Source of the DNA: Candidatus Gottesmanbacteria bacterium RIFCSPHIGHO2_01_FULL_40_15
Lineage (GTDB): Bacteria; Patescibacteriota; Microgenomatia; 2-02-FULL-39-11
DNA: 64,000 nucleotides
Assembly: GCA_001779115.1 (NCBI GenBank)
Contig: MFJF01000012.1
Span: forward strand, 33,142-97,141
Direction: 5' to 3'
In this document: piece after piece, positions 1-9,810 of the stretch
How positions within the stretch are numbered: the first letter of the stretch is position 1
How the letters are laid out: the number at the start of each line of letters is the position of its first letter
Program-made: the position numbers and the translations under genes
Notes under the pieces: model-generated
The model's input: the letters and a program-made list of their open reading frames with translations, nothing else
Database searches by the model: none
Told to the model about the DNA's origin: nothing

Positions 1-1157
1 CTTTAACCGCCAATGAAGGAATACTTTACGGAATTAACGAACATGACGGAAGTTTGGTTATTTTTGACAGATTTTCACTGGAGAACGCCAACAGTGTTAT
101 ATTCGGTAAAAGCGGATCGGGAAAGAGCTTTATGGTAAAGCTGGAAGTGATGAGAACGCTTATGTTTGGAGCTGAAGTATTTGTAATAGATCCGGAGGGA
201 GAATACAAGGATTTAACCCGAGCGCTAGGAGGAGATTTGGTTGATTTTTCGTTCAACTCCCCGGTTAAAATTAATCCGTTTGATTTATCGGGAATATATG
301 AAGAGGGAGAAAATGAGCTCGGGCTTAAAATCCTGTCTCTTCACGGACTGATGAGGGTGGTCATGGGAGAAATGAGTCCGGGAGAGGACGCTTTGCTTGA
401 CCGCGCCCTGGTTCTTACCTATAAGCAGAAAGGAATTACGCCAGACCCATCAACCCAAAAAAGAGAACCGCCTTTGATTGAAGACCTTTATAAAGTACTG
501 TTAGGAATGGAAGAAGAAAATGCCAAAAGACTGGCCGAGCGGCTGGAAAAGTTTGTCAAAGGATCCCTCTCAGGAATTTTTAACCAGAAATCAAACCTAA
601 ACCTGAAAAACCCGCTGACGGTTTTTAATATCAAAGAACTGGAGGCGGAATTGCGGCCTTTAGCCATTTTCATTATTCTTGATTTTATCTGGACGAAAAT
701 AAAAAGAAGCATTAAAAAACGTTTGATGATTGTTGATGAGGCCTGGTATTTAATGAAACATCCGGATTCGGCGACATTTTTATACGGTATCGCCAAAAGG
801 GCAAGAAAATATTACCTGGGGGTGACAACCATCACGCAGGATGTTGAAGATTTCATTTCAACAGACCACGGCAAGGCAATTATTACCAATTCATCCCTGC
901 AGATTCTGCTGAAGCAATCAACAGCGGCTATTGATAAACTGGCTGAAGTGTTTTATCTTTCTTCGGGCGAAAAACATTTTCTTTTATCAGCAGGGGTAGG
1001 CGAAGGACTTTTCTTTGCCGGAGCCTCACACGCAGCTGTCCAGTTTATTGCTTCTCCACCGGAATATCAGCTGGCAACAAGCAAGCCTCAGGAAACTGCC
1101 GAAAAATCAGCATATCCTGAGGAAACACCGGTTCCGAACAGAACACCCAACATATAA
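1..1157 (+). CDS. VirB4/TrbE-like type IV secretion ATPase, C-terminal part (5' end runs off the window edge)
   Basis: The frame is open from nt 3 to the stop at 1157. A Walker A motif (GKSGSGKSF) is followed by VIDPEGEY and IVDEAWYLM, then a GVTTITQDVEDF block typical of the VirB4/TraC/CagE C-terminal domain. Confidence 0.6.
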   Translation, partial: LTANEGILYGINEHDGSLVIFDRFSLENANSVIFGKSGSGKSFMVKLEVMRTLMFGAEVFVIDPEGEYKDLTRALGGDLVDFSFNSPVKINPFDLSGIYEEGENELGLKILSLHGLMRVVMGEMSPGEDALLDRALVLTYKQKGITPDPSTQKREPPLIEDLYKVLLGMEEENAKRLAERLEKFVKGSLSGIFNQKSNLNLKNPLTVFNIKELEAELRPLAIFIILDFIWTKIKRSIKKRLMIVDEAWYLMKHPDSATFLYGIAKRARKYYLGVTTITQDVEDFISTDHGKAIITNSSLQILLKQSTAAIDKLAEVFYLSSGEKHFLLSAGVGEGLFFAGASHAAVQFIASPPEYQLATSKPQETAEKSAYPEETPVPNRTPNI

Positions 1158-1217
1158 TTACAACAATTAATTAGTACAATCCTCTTTCATACCCCTAATA
1201 AGCTATAATAAATTCAT

Positions 1218-2732
1218 ATGGCCCCAGATGCCCTGATTAAACAGCCAATACCGGATGAATTAAACGCTGAAAAGGAAAGCCAAAACCAGCAAACCGAGGC
1301 TTATGTTTCCGAAGTGCCGGAAGGGGAAATGACTACAATGTGGGCGGGGGTGCTGACATACATTGCCGCAAATCCATTAAACAAACAGGAAAGGGTTTTA
1401 GAAGCCTTAAAGCGCATTAACCGACCTAATTTTGAATATGAACTACTGAAAGTGCGTTACGGAGGAAGATTCCAGAGCCTTAAAGTGGACTTTGAATTGG
1501 TAAAAAAAGAAGTCGGAAAACAGCGGAAGTCAAAAAAAGGGCAACAACGGGGTTATGCCCAGGTCGGGATGGGGCCGTTTAAGAGATTTAAGGAAAAAAT
1601 TGATTTTGATGCGTTTGATCATAAGGAACAAGCATACCATGTGGCCGCCGCAGTTCAAAACAGAATAAACGCACAGGAACTTCGCGGGAAAATTGAAAAA
1701 ACCGCTGAAATCTATAACTTGAATCCGGAAAACAGTACCAAACTGGCTCGGGGAATTGCCGATTGGCAAAGAAAAAATCCGGGAAAACATATTGATGAAT
1801 ATTTCCAAAAGACAGGCCAACATATTCAATACACACAGCAACCCTCAAAAGACAACTTTTTTAAAAGAAGAAAAAAAGAAAAAGAAATAACCGGAGCACT
1901 TTATAGTGAATTAAACGGGGTCAGACTGGATACAATTAAAGCGAACCGGGAACAAATTATTTCAGCGCAGGCAGAAGTTAAAAAACTGCTTGAAGGACCG
2001 GTTGTATCCAGGGAAGAATTATACGCCAGAATCAAAAATACGCTTCACCCGATAGAACCAGTTTCAACACTACCTTTAAGTGAAGCGGCATTACCAGCGA
2101 CAAAAATGCCCGAAGCAGCAACAACCACCGGTGAAATACCAATTAAACAACAAGCTGATACCGGACCAAGGATACCTTTGACACTATCCGGGGGATTACC
2201 GCAACACGCAAGCCCCAGAATATCAATTCCCGCTTTAAAAGAATTGAATCTGCCGAAACTGGGGAATTTTTTAGGAAAAGCAAAAAACTTCACCAATTTG
2301 GGAGGTTCGCTTATTCAAAAAGGACTTTTTAAACTGGGCGGGAAACTAGCTTTGAAAGCCGGTCTCCAAGCAGGATTAGGAACAGCAACCGGAGGCATAT
2401 ATACAGCAGCGAGTATTATCGCCGGACTGATCGGGATTGACCTTGATAAATTTGCGCTAAAAGCGGCTTTATTTGCAGTATTTTTTCCGATAGGACTAGT
2501 ACTTATAATGTTGTTTGTTTTTATGAATTTCAAATCATTGAACAAATTCCCTTCGGGAGTTGACTTGGCTTATCCGGTTAAAGCAAAAATCAGTCCCGAA
2601 AATCAAGCGTATTCCTGGAACACTTTCGAAAAACAGATATTGGAAAAAGCCTTTGCCGACAATAAATTATGGGATAAATTTGAACGGGAAGTATTTTTAG
2701 ACGGAAAAGAATTTTTAAGCTCCAAGAAATAA
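1218..2732 (+). CDS. hypothetical protein with C-terminal transmembrane helices, immediately downstream of the VirB4-like ATPase
   Basis: 504-aa ORF. It has a glycine-rich segment (GGKLALKAGLQAGLGTATGG) and two hydrophobic helices near the C-terminus. No recognisable catalytic motif. Confidence 0.3.
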   Translation: MAPDALIKQPIPDELNAEKESQNQQTEAYVSEVPEGEMTTMWAGVLTYIAANPLNKQERVLEALKRINRPNFEYELLKVRYGGRFQSLKVDFELVKKEVGKQRKSKKGQQRGYAQVGMGPFKRFKEKIDFDAFDHKEQAYHVAAAVQNRINAQELRGKIEKTAEIYNLNPENSTKLARGIADWQRKNPGKHIDEYFQKTGQHIQYTQQPSKDNFFKRRKKEKEITGALYSELNGVRLDTIKANREQIISAQAEVKKLLEGPVVSREELYARIKNTLHPIEPVSTLPLSEAALPATKMPEAATTTGEIPIKQQADTGPRIPLTLSGGLPQHASPRISIPALKELNLPKLGNFLGKAKNFTNLGGSLIQKGLFKLGGKLALKAGLQAGLGTATGGIYTAASIIAGLIGIDLDKFALKAALFAVFFPIGLVLIMLFVFMNFKSLNKFPSGVDLAYPVKAKISPENQAYSWNTFEKQILEKAFADNKLWDKFEREVFLDGKEFLSSKK

Positions 2733-2736
2733 ACGG

Positions 2737-3846
2737 TCAGTTCTGAATGCGAACGGGCATGATTATATGGAGAAACTTGCTTTGAGCGGATTTAGGTTTA
2801 AAAACTCCCGGACTTAACGGACCCAATGATTCAAAAACGAGTTCCTTATCGGGAAAATTACTGAACAAATCAAGAAGAAAACGGAAATTGAATGAGATTT
2901 CAGTTTCGTCGCCTTCTACATCTGCCTCGACAAAATCTTCTTCACTGCCAACCTGGGGAGTAGCGGCTGATAAATTCAAACCGGCACTGCCGATTTTTAA
3001 TCTGACTATATTGGAGGTTCCCCGGGCAAAAATCGAGGTAGTTTTTACCGCTTGGTGAAAAAGATCCCGGTCAACAATTACTTTGGTTTTAAACCCGGCC
3101 GGAATAATTTTTTCGACATTGGGAAATTCACCGTCAATCAGGCGGGTGAATATCCTGGTGTTAGGGAGACTAAAAACCACCTGGTTTTTATTTTCAATAA
3201 TAGAGAGCTCCACGTCTTGTGCAGCCAGTTCGTCAGCGATCCTGATTGTTTCGGTTAAAGATTGAGCGGGTAAAATAACTTCCAGGGGCTCCATTTTTCC
3301 TGTCAGTTCAACCTGTTCTCTTGACAGACGATAACCGTCGGTTGCCGACAGGAAAAGAAAACCGTCAGAGATTGTTGTTTTGACACCGGTTAAAACGGGG
3401 CGACCTTCATCAGAAGAAGCGGCAAAAACCGTTCTCAAAACAGCGTCTTTAATTTTAGCCAGTGAAAGTTTTTTTCCGGTTTGAGGAACATCAGGAAACG
3501 GAGGAAAATCGGCCGGGACACCAATTGCCAGATGAGCTTGGGTTTTATTTGTTTTGATTTTCAGGTCTTTATCTCCGGTTTCCAATTCGATTTTATCGGT
3601 TAACAGGGAATTGATAAATTCCGTTAAAAGTTTTCCAGGAACGGCAACTTCACCTTCTCTCTCCACTTTGGCGGGAGAATTGTAGATAATTCCCAATTCC
3701 AAATTGGTAGAAAAAAATTCCAACCGGTTATTTTTAGCCTTAATAAGAATATGGGAAAGGATAGGAAGCTGCGGTTTTAAAGATAAACCTTTACCAACAA
3801 TTAACAAAGCTTTGGTTAAATTTTCTTTTAAAATTAAAACTTTCAT
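2737..3846 (-). CDS. dnaN: DNA polymerase III beta subunit (sliding clamp)
   Basis: 369 aa with a DnaN-like N-terminus (MKVLILKENLTKALLIVGKGLS...LSHILIKA) and clamp length. It lies directly downstream of dnaA on the same strand. Confidence 0.85.
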   Translation of the reverse strand: MKVLILKENLTKALLIVGKGLSLKPQLPILSHILIKAKNNRLEFFSTNLELGIIYNSPAKVEREGEVAVPGKLLTEFINSLLTDKIELETGDKDLKIKTNKTQAHLAIGVPADFPPFPDVPQTGKKLSLAKIKDAVLRTVFAASSDEGRPVLTGVKTTISDGFLFLSATDGYRLSREQVELTGKMEPLEVILPAQSLTETIRIADELAAQDVELSIIENKNQVVFSLPNTRIFTRLIDGEFPNVEKIIPAGFKTKVIVDRDLFHQAVKTTSIFARGTSNIVRLKIGSAGLNLSAATPQVGSEEDFVEADVEGDETEISFNFRFLLDLFSNFPDKELVFESLGPLSPGVFKPKSAQSKFLHIIMPVRIQN

Positions 3847-3960
3847 ATTTATTACAACATCTTTATATAATTCTTAAAGTAATAGTAGTATTAGAGATGT
3901 TGACAAGTGTATAGAATCCGGCTTTTCCAGTCAAGGAAAACATAAAACAAAAAATTACGA

Positions 3961-4025
3961 TGTGAATAAAAAGGATTGCTTTTTGGGGATAGAAATGTGG
4001 ATATCTTTTATTCATATGTGGATAA
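3961..4025. promoter_or_regulatory. DnaA-box cluster in the dnaA-dnaN intergenic region (candidate oriC element)
   Basis: TGTGGATAA at 4017-4025 is a perfect R-box reverse complement. TGTGGATAT at 3996-4004 and TGTGAATAA at 3961-3969 are near-matches. All lie in AT-rich intergenic DNA. Confidence 0.5.
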
Positions 4026-4042
4026 GTTGATAATCGGTTAAG

Positions 4043-5383
4043 TTATACAAAAAGCTCATTTTTTATCCCCATTACATCCCCGCGGAGATTGTTGTCTGTT
4101 GATAACAAATTACTTATTTTTCTTATTCCGTGAAGAATGGTAGTGTGATCACGGCCGCCTAAGAATTCACCGATATCTTTTAAATTAACTCCAGCTTCGG
4201 TTCTTAAAAGATAATACAAAATCTGACGGGGAAAAGAATAAACCTTATCTCTCTTGTCGCCTTTTAACTGAGAAATTTTCAGATTATAGAAACCGGCTAC
4301 CGCTTTTAATATTTCTTCAGGTAAGACTTTTTTTGAAGGAGGAATTTTTTTAAGTGTTTTTCCCAGAATATTTTTAATCAAATCATTATTCACAGGCAGA
4401 TTTTTGGTTTGCGATTCGCTGATTACCCTTGTCAATGTTCCTTCCAGTTTTCTGGTGTTTTCGATGTTGGCGGCAATTGTTTTGGCAGATTCCATGGACA
4501 ATTCATATCCCTTCTGTTTGGCTTTTATTAAAACTATGGCAGTTCTTAATTCGAAATCAGGATTGCCGATATCGATTGTTAAACCGCATTCAAAACGGGA
4601 GCGGAGTCTATCCTCAAGTTTATTGATTTCTTCAGGCGGTTTATCGCTGGTTATGATTATCTGTTTTTTTGCCTGGTAAACAGCGTTAAACGTATGGAAA
4701 AATTCTTCCTGTATTGAATATTTTCCGGCAATAAACTGAACATCATCAATTAACAGGAGATCGACAAGACGATATTTTTTTTTGAAGGTAACGGTTGTTT
4801 TGGTTGAGATGGCCTCAATAATTTCATTGGTGAATTCTTCTCCGGTACAATAAAGTATTTTTGTTTTTATATTTTTTTGACCGACAGCATGGCCGACCGC
4901 CTGCATTAAATGTGTTTTACCCACACCGACACCGCCATAGAGAACCAAAGGGTTATAAGCATGACCCAGATTATTAACAACTGCCGTTGCGGCGGCATAA
5001 GCCATCTGATTGGATGAGGAGACGGCAAAATTTTCAAAATTATAATCCCTGTTTAATTTAAGACCGGTACTGGGGGGCGAAAAATTATCAGGCAGCTTCA
5101 TAGTAAAGAGCGGACCGTCAATATGGTTTAAGTGTTTGTTTTTTCTGGCATTGAAAACCAGAGACACATCTTTTTTTGTATAATTTCGAAGAGTTGTTTT
5201 TATCAGATCATGATACCTTTTTTCAATAATATTAATCAGCATCGGATTATTGCAGCTAATAACCGCTTTACCGTCATCAAGAGATTCCAGACTGGTTTGG
5301 GAGATTAGAGTACGGAAGACTACTTCGCTAACCTGCAGTTCCAAATCGGCAAGAATCGTAGCCCAGAGGTGATGTTCATCCAT
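4043..5383 (-). CDS. dnaA: chromosomal replication initiator protein DnaA
   Basis: 446 aa. AAA+ Walker A (GGVGVGKTHL), LLIDDVQF box and a C-terminal DNA-binding helix-turn-helix region (ILYYLLRTEAGVNLKDIGEFLGGRDHTTILHGIRKI). Confidence 0.9.
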   Translation of the reverse strand: MDEHHLWATILADLELQVSEVVFRTLISQTSLESLDDGKAVISCNNPMLINIIEKRYHDLIKTTLRNYTKKDVSLVFNARKNKHLNHIDGPLFTMKLPDNFSPPSTGLKLNRDYNFENFAVSSSNQMAYAAATAVVNNLGHAYNPLVLYGGVGVGKTHLMQAVGHAVGQKNIKTKILYCTGEEFTNEIIEAISTKTTVTFKKKYRLVDLLLIDDVQFIAGKYSIQEEFFHTFNAVYQAKKQIIITSDKPPEEINKLEDRLRSRFECGLTIDIGNPDFELRTAIVLIKAKQKGYELSMESAKTIAANIENTRKLEGTLTRVISESQTKNLPVNNDLIKNILGKTLKKIPPSKKVLPEEILKAVAGFYNLKISQLKGDKRDKVYSFPRQILYYLLRTEAGVNLKDIGEFLGGRDHTTILHGIRKISNLLSTDNNLRGDVMGIKNELFV

Positions 5384-5556
5384 AAAGCTTCCACATAGTA
5401 AATAAAGATATCCACAACTGTCAATGTAGATAAAATGATATTATCTATAAACAATTAGACAAGTTTATAAAACTGGCGATATTTAATACAAATAAGTTTG
5501 GGAATACGGACATCACGTTATTGGCAGTTAGTGTCGGGATATGATAAGATCAGGCT
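5384..5556. promoter_or_regulatory. AT-rich dnaA-upstream / rpmH-upstream region with a DnaA-box-like site (candidate oriC flank and divergent promoters)
   Basis: ATATCCACA at about 5408-5416 matches TTATCCACA in 8 of 9 positions. The region sits between divergent dnaA and rpmH and is very AT-rich. Confidence 0.35.
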
Positions 5557-5694
5557 ATGCCGAAGAGAACATACCAACCTAAAAAGAAAAAAAGATTAAG
5601 AAAACACGGATATCTCAAAAGAAATAAAAACAAAAACGGGAGAAACGTAATCAAAAGAAGACAAAGAAAAGGGAGAAAGAAACTTACCGTATAA
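5557..5694 (+). CDS. rpmH: 50S ribosomal protein L34
   Basis: Hand-translated: [45 protein letters not shown]. The L34 signature is obvious. The ORF is too short for the ORF track. Confidence 0.8.
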   Translation: MPKRTYQPKKKKRLRKHGYLKRNKNKNGRNVIKRRQRKGRKKLTV

Positions 5695-5699
5695 AGCTT

Positions 5700-6032
5700 G
5701 TGCTTGCTAAACATTTCCGGATTAAACAATCCGATTTTTTCCGAAACAAATCACCGGTTAAAAAAAAATTTTCCGACCGATTTTCTTTATTGATTAAAAA
5801 AAAAGATGACAAAAAAAACGGATTTGTCATTAATGTTCCGGTGAAGCTTGACAAAAGGTCAGTATACAGAAACAGAACCAGAAGAATGATCGAACTGATT
5901 ATCAGGGAGCTGCCATTTGATTCCGGAAAAAACGCGATGATATTAATCAGAGCCAGAAAAATATTGAATAAAAACGAATTGGCGAAGGCGGCAGGAGATC
6001 TTAAAAAATTACTTCAAAATGAATTTTATTGA
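5700..6032 (+). CDS. rnpA: ribonuclease P protein component
   Basis: 110 aa, basic, with the RnpA-like RNRTRR motif ([15 protein letters not shown]). Canonical position after rpmH. GTG start. Confidence 0.75.
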   Translation: MLAKHFRIKQSDFFRNKSPVKKKFSDRFSLLIKKKDDKKNGFVINVPVKLDKRSVYRNRTRRMIELIIRELPFDSGKNAMILIRARKILNKNELAKAAGDLKKLLQNEFY

Positions 6033-6249
6033 CCGGGTATTATTAAAAACTATCAGAATTTATCAAAAAGTTAACTTAATTGTTCCTAAAGGAATATTTT
6101 TGAGGGGTTGCCGGTTTGATCCGACATGTTCGGAATATACTTATCAGGCAGTGAAGAGATATGGTACAATCAAAGGATTAAATTCCGGTTTAAAAAGAGT
6201 ATTCCGCTGCCATCCGTTTTCCACAGGCGGATATGATCCGGTGAAGTAA
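6019..6249 (+). CDS. yidD: membrane protein insertion efficiency factor YidD
   Basis: 76 aa. The conserved RFDPTCSEY...[12 protein letters not shown] motif matches the YidD family. It sits between rnpA and yidC. Confidence 0.8.
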   Translation: MNFIDRVLLKTIRIYQKVNLIVPKGIFLRGCRFDPTCSEYTYQAVKRYGTIKGLNSGLKRVFRCHPFSTGGYDPVK

Positions 6250-6253
6250 GTTT

Positions 6254-7096
6254 ATGTTTAATCCGAACAACTGGTTCCATGCGTTTTTTATTATCCCCAT
6301 ATTAAACCTTTTAATGGTTTTTTATGTGGTTTTGACAAATCTTTCCATTCCCTTTGCTTTGGGATTTTCACTTATATTATTGACAGTCGCCATAAGACTG
6401 ATTTTGCATCCGTTAACAGCAAACCAATTGAAAAGTACCCAAAAACTAGGGAAATTAAAACCGGAGCTTGATAGAATCAGTAAACTATATAAGGATGATA
6501 AAACCAGGCTTCACCAGGAACAGTTAAAACTTTATCAACAGGCAGGTATTAATCCAGCGGCAGGTTGTTTGCCTTTAATTCTTCAGATGCCGATTCTTAT
6601 CGCCTTATACAATCTTTTTTTTCAACTTTTAAGTAACGGTAACGCGGTAAACGTCGTAAACGATATAAATAAGGCAGTATATTTTCCTTTTTTAAAAATT
6701 AAGTCGTTAGACTTGGCTTTTTTCGGGCTGAATTTGGCAAGTAAACCGTCCGACTGGCAGTCGAAGGGATTCTTTTTACTTCTCATTCCCGTAATTACCG
6801 GACTTTTGCAGTATTGGCAAACAAAAATGATGTCTCCGGTTCAAAACCCAAATCCGAAAATAAAAGAAATAAAAAAAGATGAGTCTGATCAAGGTAAGAA
6901 AGAAGGCGGGGAAGATATGGCGCAGGCAATGCAAAAACAGATGGGTGTAATGATGCCCCTGATGATCGGATTTTTCGCTTATTCTTTTCCTTTAGGACTG
7001 TCACTCTATTGGAACACATTTACGGCTTTTGGTATAATCCAACAATATAAAATTACTCAGACGGAAAACAAGAATGAAGAAAAAAGCAAAAAGTAA
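6254..7096 (+). CDS. yidC: membrane protein insertase YidC/Oxa1 family
   Basis: 280 aa and polytopic. LHPLTANQLKSTQKL...QQAGINPAAGCLPLILQMPILIALY matches the YidC conserved core. Gene order is conserved. Confidence 0.8.
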   Translation: MFNPNNWFHAFFIIPILNLLMVFYVVLTNLSIPFALGFSLILLTVAIRLILHPLTANQLKSTQKLGKLKPELDRISKLYKDDKTRLHQEQLKLYQQAGINPAAGCLPLILQMPILIALYNLFFQLLSNGNAVNVVNDINKAVYFPFLKIKSLDLAFFGLNLASKPSDWQSKGFFLLLIPVITGLLQYWQTKMMSPVQNPNPKIKEIKKDESDQGKKEGGEDMAQAMQKQMGVMMPLMIGFFAYSFPLGLSLYWNTFTAFGIIQQYKITQTENKNEEKSKK

Positions 7097-7565
7097 AAAT
7101 ATTAAAGAAGAGATTGAAGTCGTCGTCAATGAGCTTTTGGAAAAACTGCAGGTTGAAGGGAAAGTAAATGTAACGGAGGAGACAGGCGATACTGAGGGTG
7201 ATACAGCTTCCAGTTACCGGATAACAATTGAATCCGAAGAGAGCGGTCTTCTCATCGGCCACCATGGAGAAACCATCAACAGTCTCCAGCTTATTCTGGG
7301 TGTCATTCTTTATAAAAAATCTGGTAAATGGATGAGGGTGATTTTGGATGTCGGGGATTACCGGAAGATGCGGGAAGAAACGATTAAAGAAATGGTGAAC
7401 AGAATTGTTACCGAAGTTGAAGACAGCGGCAAACCGGTGGAATTGCCTTATTTATCACCGCTTGAGCGAAGAATAGTCCATATGATGCTTACGGATCATA
7501 AAAACGTCAGATCGGAATCAAGCGGAGAAGGCAAGGATAGACGGGTGACGATAAAACCCCGTTAA
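7074..7565 (+). CDS. Jag/KhpB-like RNA-binding protein (KH + R3H domains)
   Basis: 163 aa. R3H-like LSPLERRIVHMML is present. Its start overlaps the yidC end, the classic yidC-jag arrangement. Confidence 0.7.
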   Translation: MKKKAKSKNIKEEIEVVVNELLEKLQVEGKVNVTEETGDTEGDTASSYRITIESEESGLLIGHHGETINSLQLILGVILYKKSGKWMRVILDVGDYRKMREETIKEMVNRIVTEVEDSGKPVELPYLSPLERRIVHMMLTDHKNVRSESSGEGKDRRVTIKPR

Positions 7566-7580
7566 TTCCCCCATTTTTTA

Positions 7581-8888
7581 ATGAAGGGGATCACAAAAAT
7601 TGAAAATCTTCAAAAAAACCTTTTTTTTCTTCTTATTTTTCTGATTCCGGTACAGTTGGGCAGGCATTTTTTTTTCAATTTTTCACAAATTGCCGGAATT
7701 CCAAGCGACTATCTGACCCCGACTATTTATCTGACTGACATCATTATTTTCTTAATGGCATTTCTTGAGGCAATAATGATATTTTTCTTTCAGTCGAAGA
7801 AACGCCGTTTCGAGAACACTAAGGGTTCATATCTTTTTTTCGGGTATTTAATTTTTTCAACTGTTTTTATCGCCGTAAATAAATGGGCGAGTTTTTATAA
7901 ACTTATTAAAATCGCCGAGTTTTTTATTTTATTTAAAATTATACGTAAATTGCGGCCGGAGACGAGGAAGGTATTATTTTTTTATTGCCTGTCGGTTTTA
8001 TATACATCATATCTGGCCATTAAACAGTTTTTAGCGGGTGAGTCTTTAGGTGGATGGTGGTGGTATCTGGGGGAGAGAACTTTTCATGCATCATCACCGG
8101 GAATTGCCTTAAGTAAAATTTCGGGAAGATTGTTTTTAAGGCCATATGCCACATTCGCCCATCCTAATGTACTTGGCGGATTTTTAGCAGCGGGATTGCC
8201 CCTTGTATTATATTACCTTCTTAATGAAGGAAAAGACAAAAGGGTCATAAAGCTTTTATCGCTATCCGGATTTATTTGGGGAGCGATTGTCCTATTTCTG
8301 ACTTACAGCCGGGCGGCCTGGTTTATGTTTTTTACAGGAATAGCCATTATTTTTGTTGTTAATTTTAACAAACGAATTACTAAATATTTTTCCAATAAAA
8401 AACTTTATTTACCGATACTTTTGTTTTTATTCCTATTATCAATATATTTTCCGATAAAATTAAGCGAGTATAAAAACTCATCGGAGGGGAGTTTATTTGA
8501 AAGAAGCGAGCTGATTTACGCTTCACTTCTGACCTTTGTTGAAAAACCGATTTTCGGGACGGGGCTGAATAATTCCTTTTTGGAGCAGTATAAAATTTTA
8601 CCAAAGAGTTACGGATTATTCATATTACAACCCGTGCATAACAGCTATATGCTGCTACTTACCGAGCTAGGTTTAACCGGTTTTGCTTTTATACTTTTAA
8701 TACTCCGGAAAATATTGGCTTTGGTTAACCGCAATAATATCATAAGTTTTTTACCGTTGATTCTTATTCTTATGCTGGGATTTTTTGACCATTATCCGGT
8801 AAGCCTTCAGCAGGGTTTGTTGATTCTGACTGTTTTTGCCGGAATGGCCTTTTCCCAATCCAATAAGCTAAATGAAGAAACATCCTGA
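7581..8888 (+). CDS. O-antigen ligase / Wzy_C family polytopic membrane protein
   Basis: 435 aa with about 10 or more TM helices. YSRAAWF and HNSYMLLLTELGLTG motifs are typical of O-antigen ligase-like proteins. Confidence 0.55.
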   Translation: MKGITKIENLQKNLFFLLIFLIPVQLGRHFFFNFSQIAGIPSDYLTPTIYLTDIIIFLMAFLEAIMIFFFQSKKRRFENTKGSYLFFGYLIFSTVFIAVNKWASFYKLIKIAEFFILFKIIRKLRPETRKVLFFYCLSVLYTSYLAIKQFLAGESLGGWWWYLGERTFHASSPGIALSKISGRLFLRPYATFAHPNVLGGFLAAGLPLVLYYLLNEGKDKRVIKLLSLSGFIWGAIVLFLTYSRAAWFMFFTGIAIIFVVNFNKRITKYFSNKKLYLPILLFLFLLSIYFPIKLSEYKNSSEGSLFERSELIYASLLTFVEKPIFGTGLNNSFLEQYKILPKSYGLFILQPVHNSYMLLLTELGLTGFAFILLILRKILALVNRNNIISFLPLILILMLGFFDHYPVSLQQGLLILTVFAGMAFSQSNKLNEETS

Positions 8889-9191
8889 ACTTCTTAGGAT
8901 AAAAAGCTGTCAAAACAAATTTTTCCATTGAAGAATATTTCATGGTAATCTAATAACAGCTCCCAAAATGAGAAGAATTAAAAAATTATTATTATTTTTA
9001 TTCATATTACCGGTTACCGTATTTTTTGATTTTATCCTTTTTTCATTAACCCGGAATTGTCCTTCATGCGGCAGTTTTTCACAGTGGCTGGCCAGCGAAG
9101 CTGCTTTGTCATTTCCCCTGGTTGTCTCGCTTTCCGACTTTTTAAACACAATACTTACAGATTTACAAATAGTCAGGAATAAAAAATAAGG

Positions 9192-9752
9192 ATGAATATC
9201 GCCATTTTAGGCGGGAGATTCGACCCGCCGCATATTTGGCATTTCTGGACCGCCCAGCAGGTACTTGAAAATGTCAAAGATTTAGACCAAGTATGGTATA
9301 TGCCTGATTACCAGAATGCCTTTAAGCCGATTGAAGCAGGAGCAGGGGAAAGGCTTGAGATGTTGCAGTTTATGGAGACCGGGAAAATTAAGACTTCAAA
9401 TATGGCAATTTCCGAACCCGGAGTGACTTATACGGTAAAAACAGTGAATGAGCTGGTTAAAGACAAAAAGAACAGGTTTTTCTGGATTGTCGGGTCTGAT
9501 ATATTATCTGAATTTCATAAATGGCGCGATTACCAAAAATTGAGCCGGCTGATTACTTTTTTGGTTTTTCCCAGAAAGGATTTTCCGATAAAACACATAC
9601 CGGCAGGGTTTAGACGGATTGAGGGGCATTTAATGCTATCAAATGTATCTTCTTTTATAGTCCGGGATAGAATCAAACGCGGTTTAACAGTCAGCGGACT
9701 GGTTTTTCCGGCTGTTGAGGAATATATCAGGAAGAAAAACCTTTATAGATAA
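9192..9752 (+). CDS. nadD: nicotinate-nucleotide adenylyltransferase
   Basis: 186 aa. The N-terminal GGRFDPPHIWH motif corresponds to the (H/T)xGH nucleotidyltransferase signature of NadD. Confidence 0.7.
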   Translation: MNIAILGGRFDPPHIWHFWTAQQVLENVKDLDQVWYMPDYQNAFKPIEAGAGERLEMLQFMETGKIKTSNMAISEPGVTYTVKTVNELVKDKKNRFFWIVGSDILSEFHKWRDYQKLSRLITFLVFPRKDFPIKHIPAGFRRIEGHLMLSNVSSFIVRDRIKRGLTVSGLVFPAVEEYIRKKNLYR

Positions 9753-9810
9753 AAACTCAAATATCAGATGACTGATGCCCCGGCAAGCTGACAGGCAAAT
9801 CTAAAAATCC

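Noticed and set aside
8968-9189. A 73-aa hydrophobic ORF with a CPSCG motif in the 300-nt gap before nadD.
   Set aside because: It could be a real small membrane protein, but there is no supporting motif or obvious RBS, so it is not reported as a feature.
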